Below, piece by piece: positions 63,833 to 64,000 of a stretch of DNA of 64,000 nucleotides. The notes below the pieces were generated by a model, which worked only from the letters and a program-made list of their open reading frames with translations, searched no databases and had not been told where the DNA came from. This DNA comes from Chiloscyllium plagiosum. Lineage: Eukaryota. The translations under genes and the position numbers were made by a program. The first letter of the stretch is position 1, and every line of letters begins with the position of its first letter. Location: contig NC_057751.1 in the NCBI RefSeq assembly GCF_004010195.1, positions 7,364,063 to 7,428,062 on the forward strand. The letters run 5' to 3'.

Positions 63833-64000
63833 ATGTGTTGCTGGAAAAGCGCAGCAGGTCAGGCAGCATCTAGGGAACAGGAGAATCGACGTTTCGGGCA
63901 TTAGCCCTTCTTCAGGAATGAAGAAGGTCTAATGCCCGAAACGTCGATTCTCCTGTTCCCTAGATGCTGCCTGACCTGCTGCGCTTTTCCAGCAACACAT
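63833..64000. repeat. Fold-back palindrome of PLE pLTR
   Basis: Arms 63833-63914 and 63919-64000 (82 bp, 1 mismatch) with a 4-nt loop; runs off the window end. Confidence 0.92.
63888..63915 (-). ncRNA. Minimal type I hammerhead ribozyme motif with intact core (PLE-derived)
   Basis: CUGAAGA-a-GGGC-uaau-GCCC-GAAAC-GUC: all core nucleotides, 4-bp helix II, palindromic ACGU helix III and GUC cleavage triplet. Activity not demonstrated. Confidence 0.8.

Noticed and set aside
182..63945. Selective inactivation of hammerheads on the host sense strand
   Set aside because: Copies on both strands carry mutations, many at CpG, and the sample is too small.
1..64000. Prokaryotic systems (CRISPR arrays, operons) and most ORF-track entries
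   Set aside because: The DNA is vertebrate; the ORFs are retroelement fragments, their antisense shadows or chance ORFs.

Overview
Repeat-rich vertebrate genomic DNA, almost certainly from a cartilaginous fish (HE1/V-SINEs, HER1-type CR1 LINEs and Deu-domain SINEs are typical of elasmobranchs; the species cannot be named from this window). Two + strand host genes are recognisable from short exons. One is the 3' end of a FAM178B/SLF2-family gene: a 69-nt exon at 9104-9172 with an in-frame TAG, plus a candidate last exon at 22809. The other is the 5' end of SEMA4C: a CpG-rich promoter/UTR exon near 28.2 kb and the signal-peptide exon at 50933-51103. The FAM178B->SEMA4C order matches the human locus as I recall it. 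The rest is decayed CR1, Rex1/Babar, RTE, Tx1 and Penelope-like elements (PLEs), SINEs and an initiator-tRNA-Met pseudogene. The main recurring signal is about a dozen minimal hammerhead-ribozyme motifs from several PLE families. Many sit in ~90-200 bp mini-insertions or fold-back palindromes whose boundary or axis falls at the hammerhead core. Protein identifications rest on recalled sequences, not database searches, and repeat boundaries are approximate.
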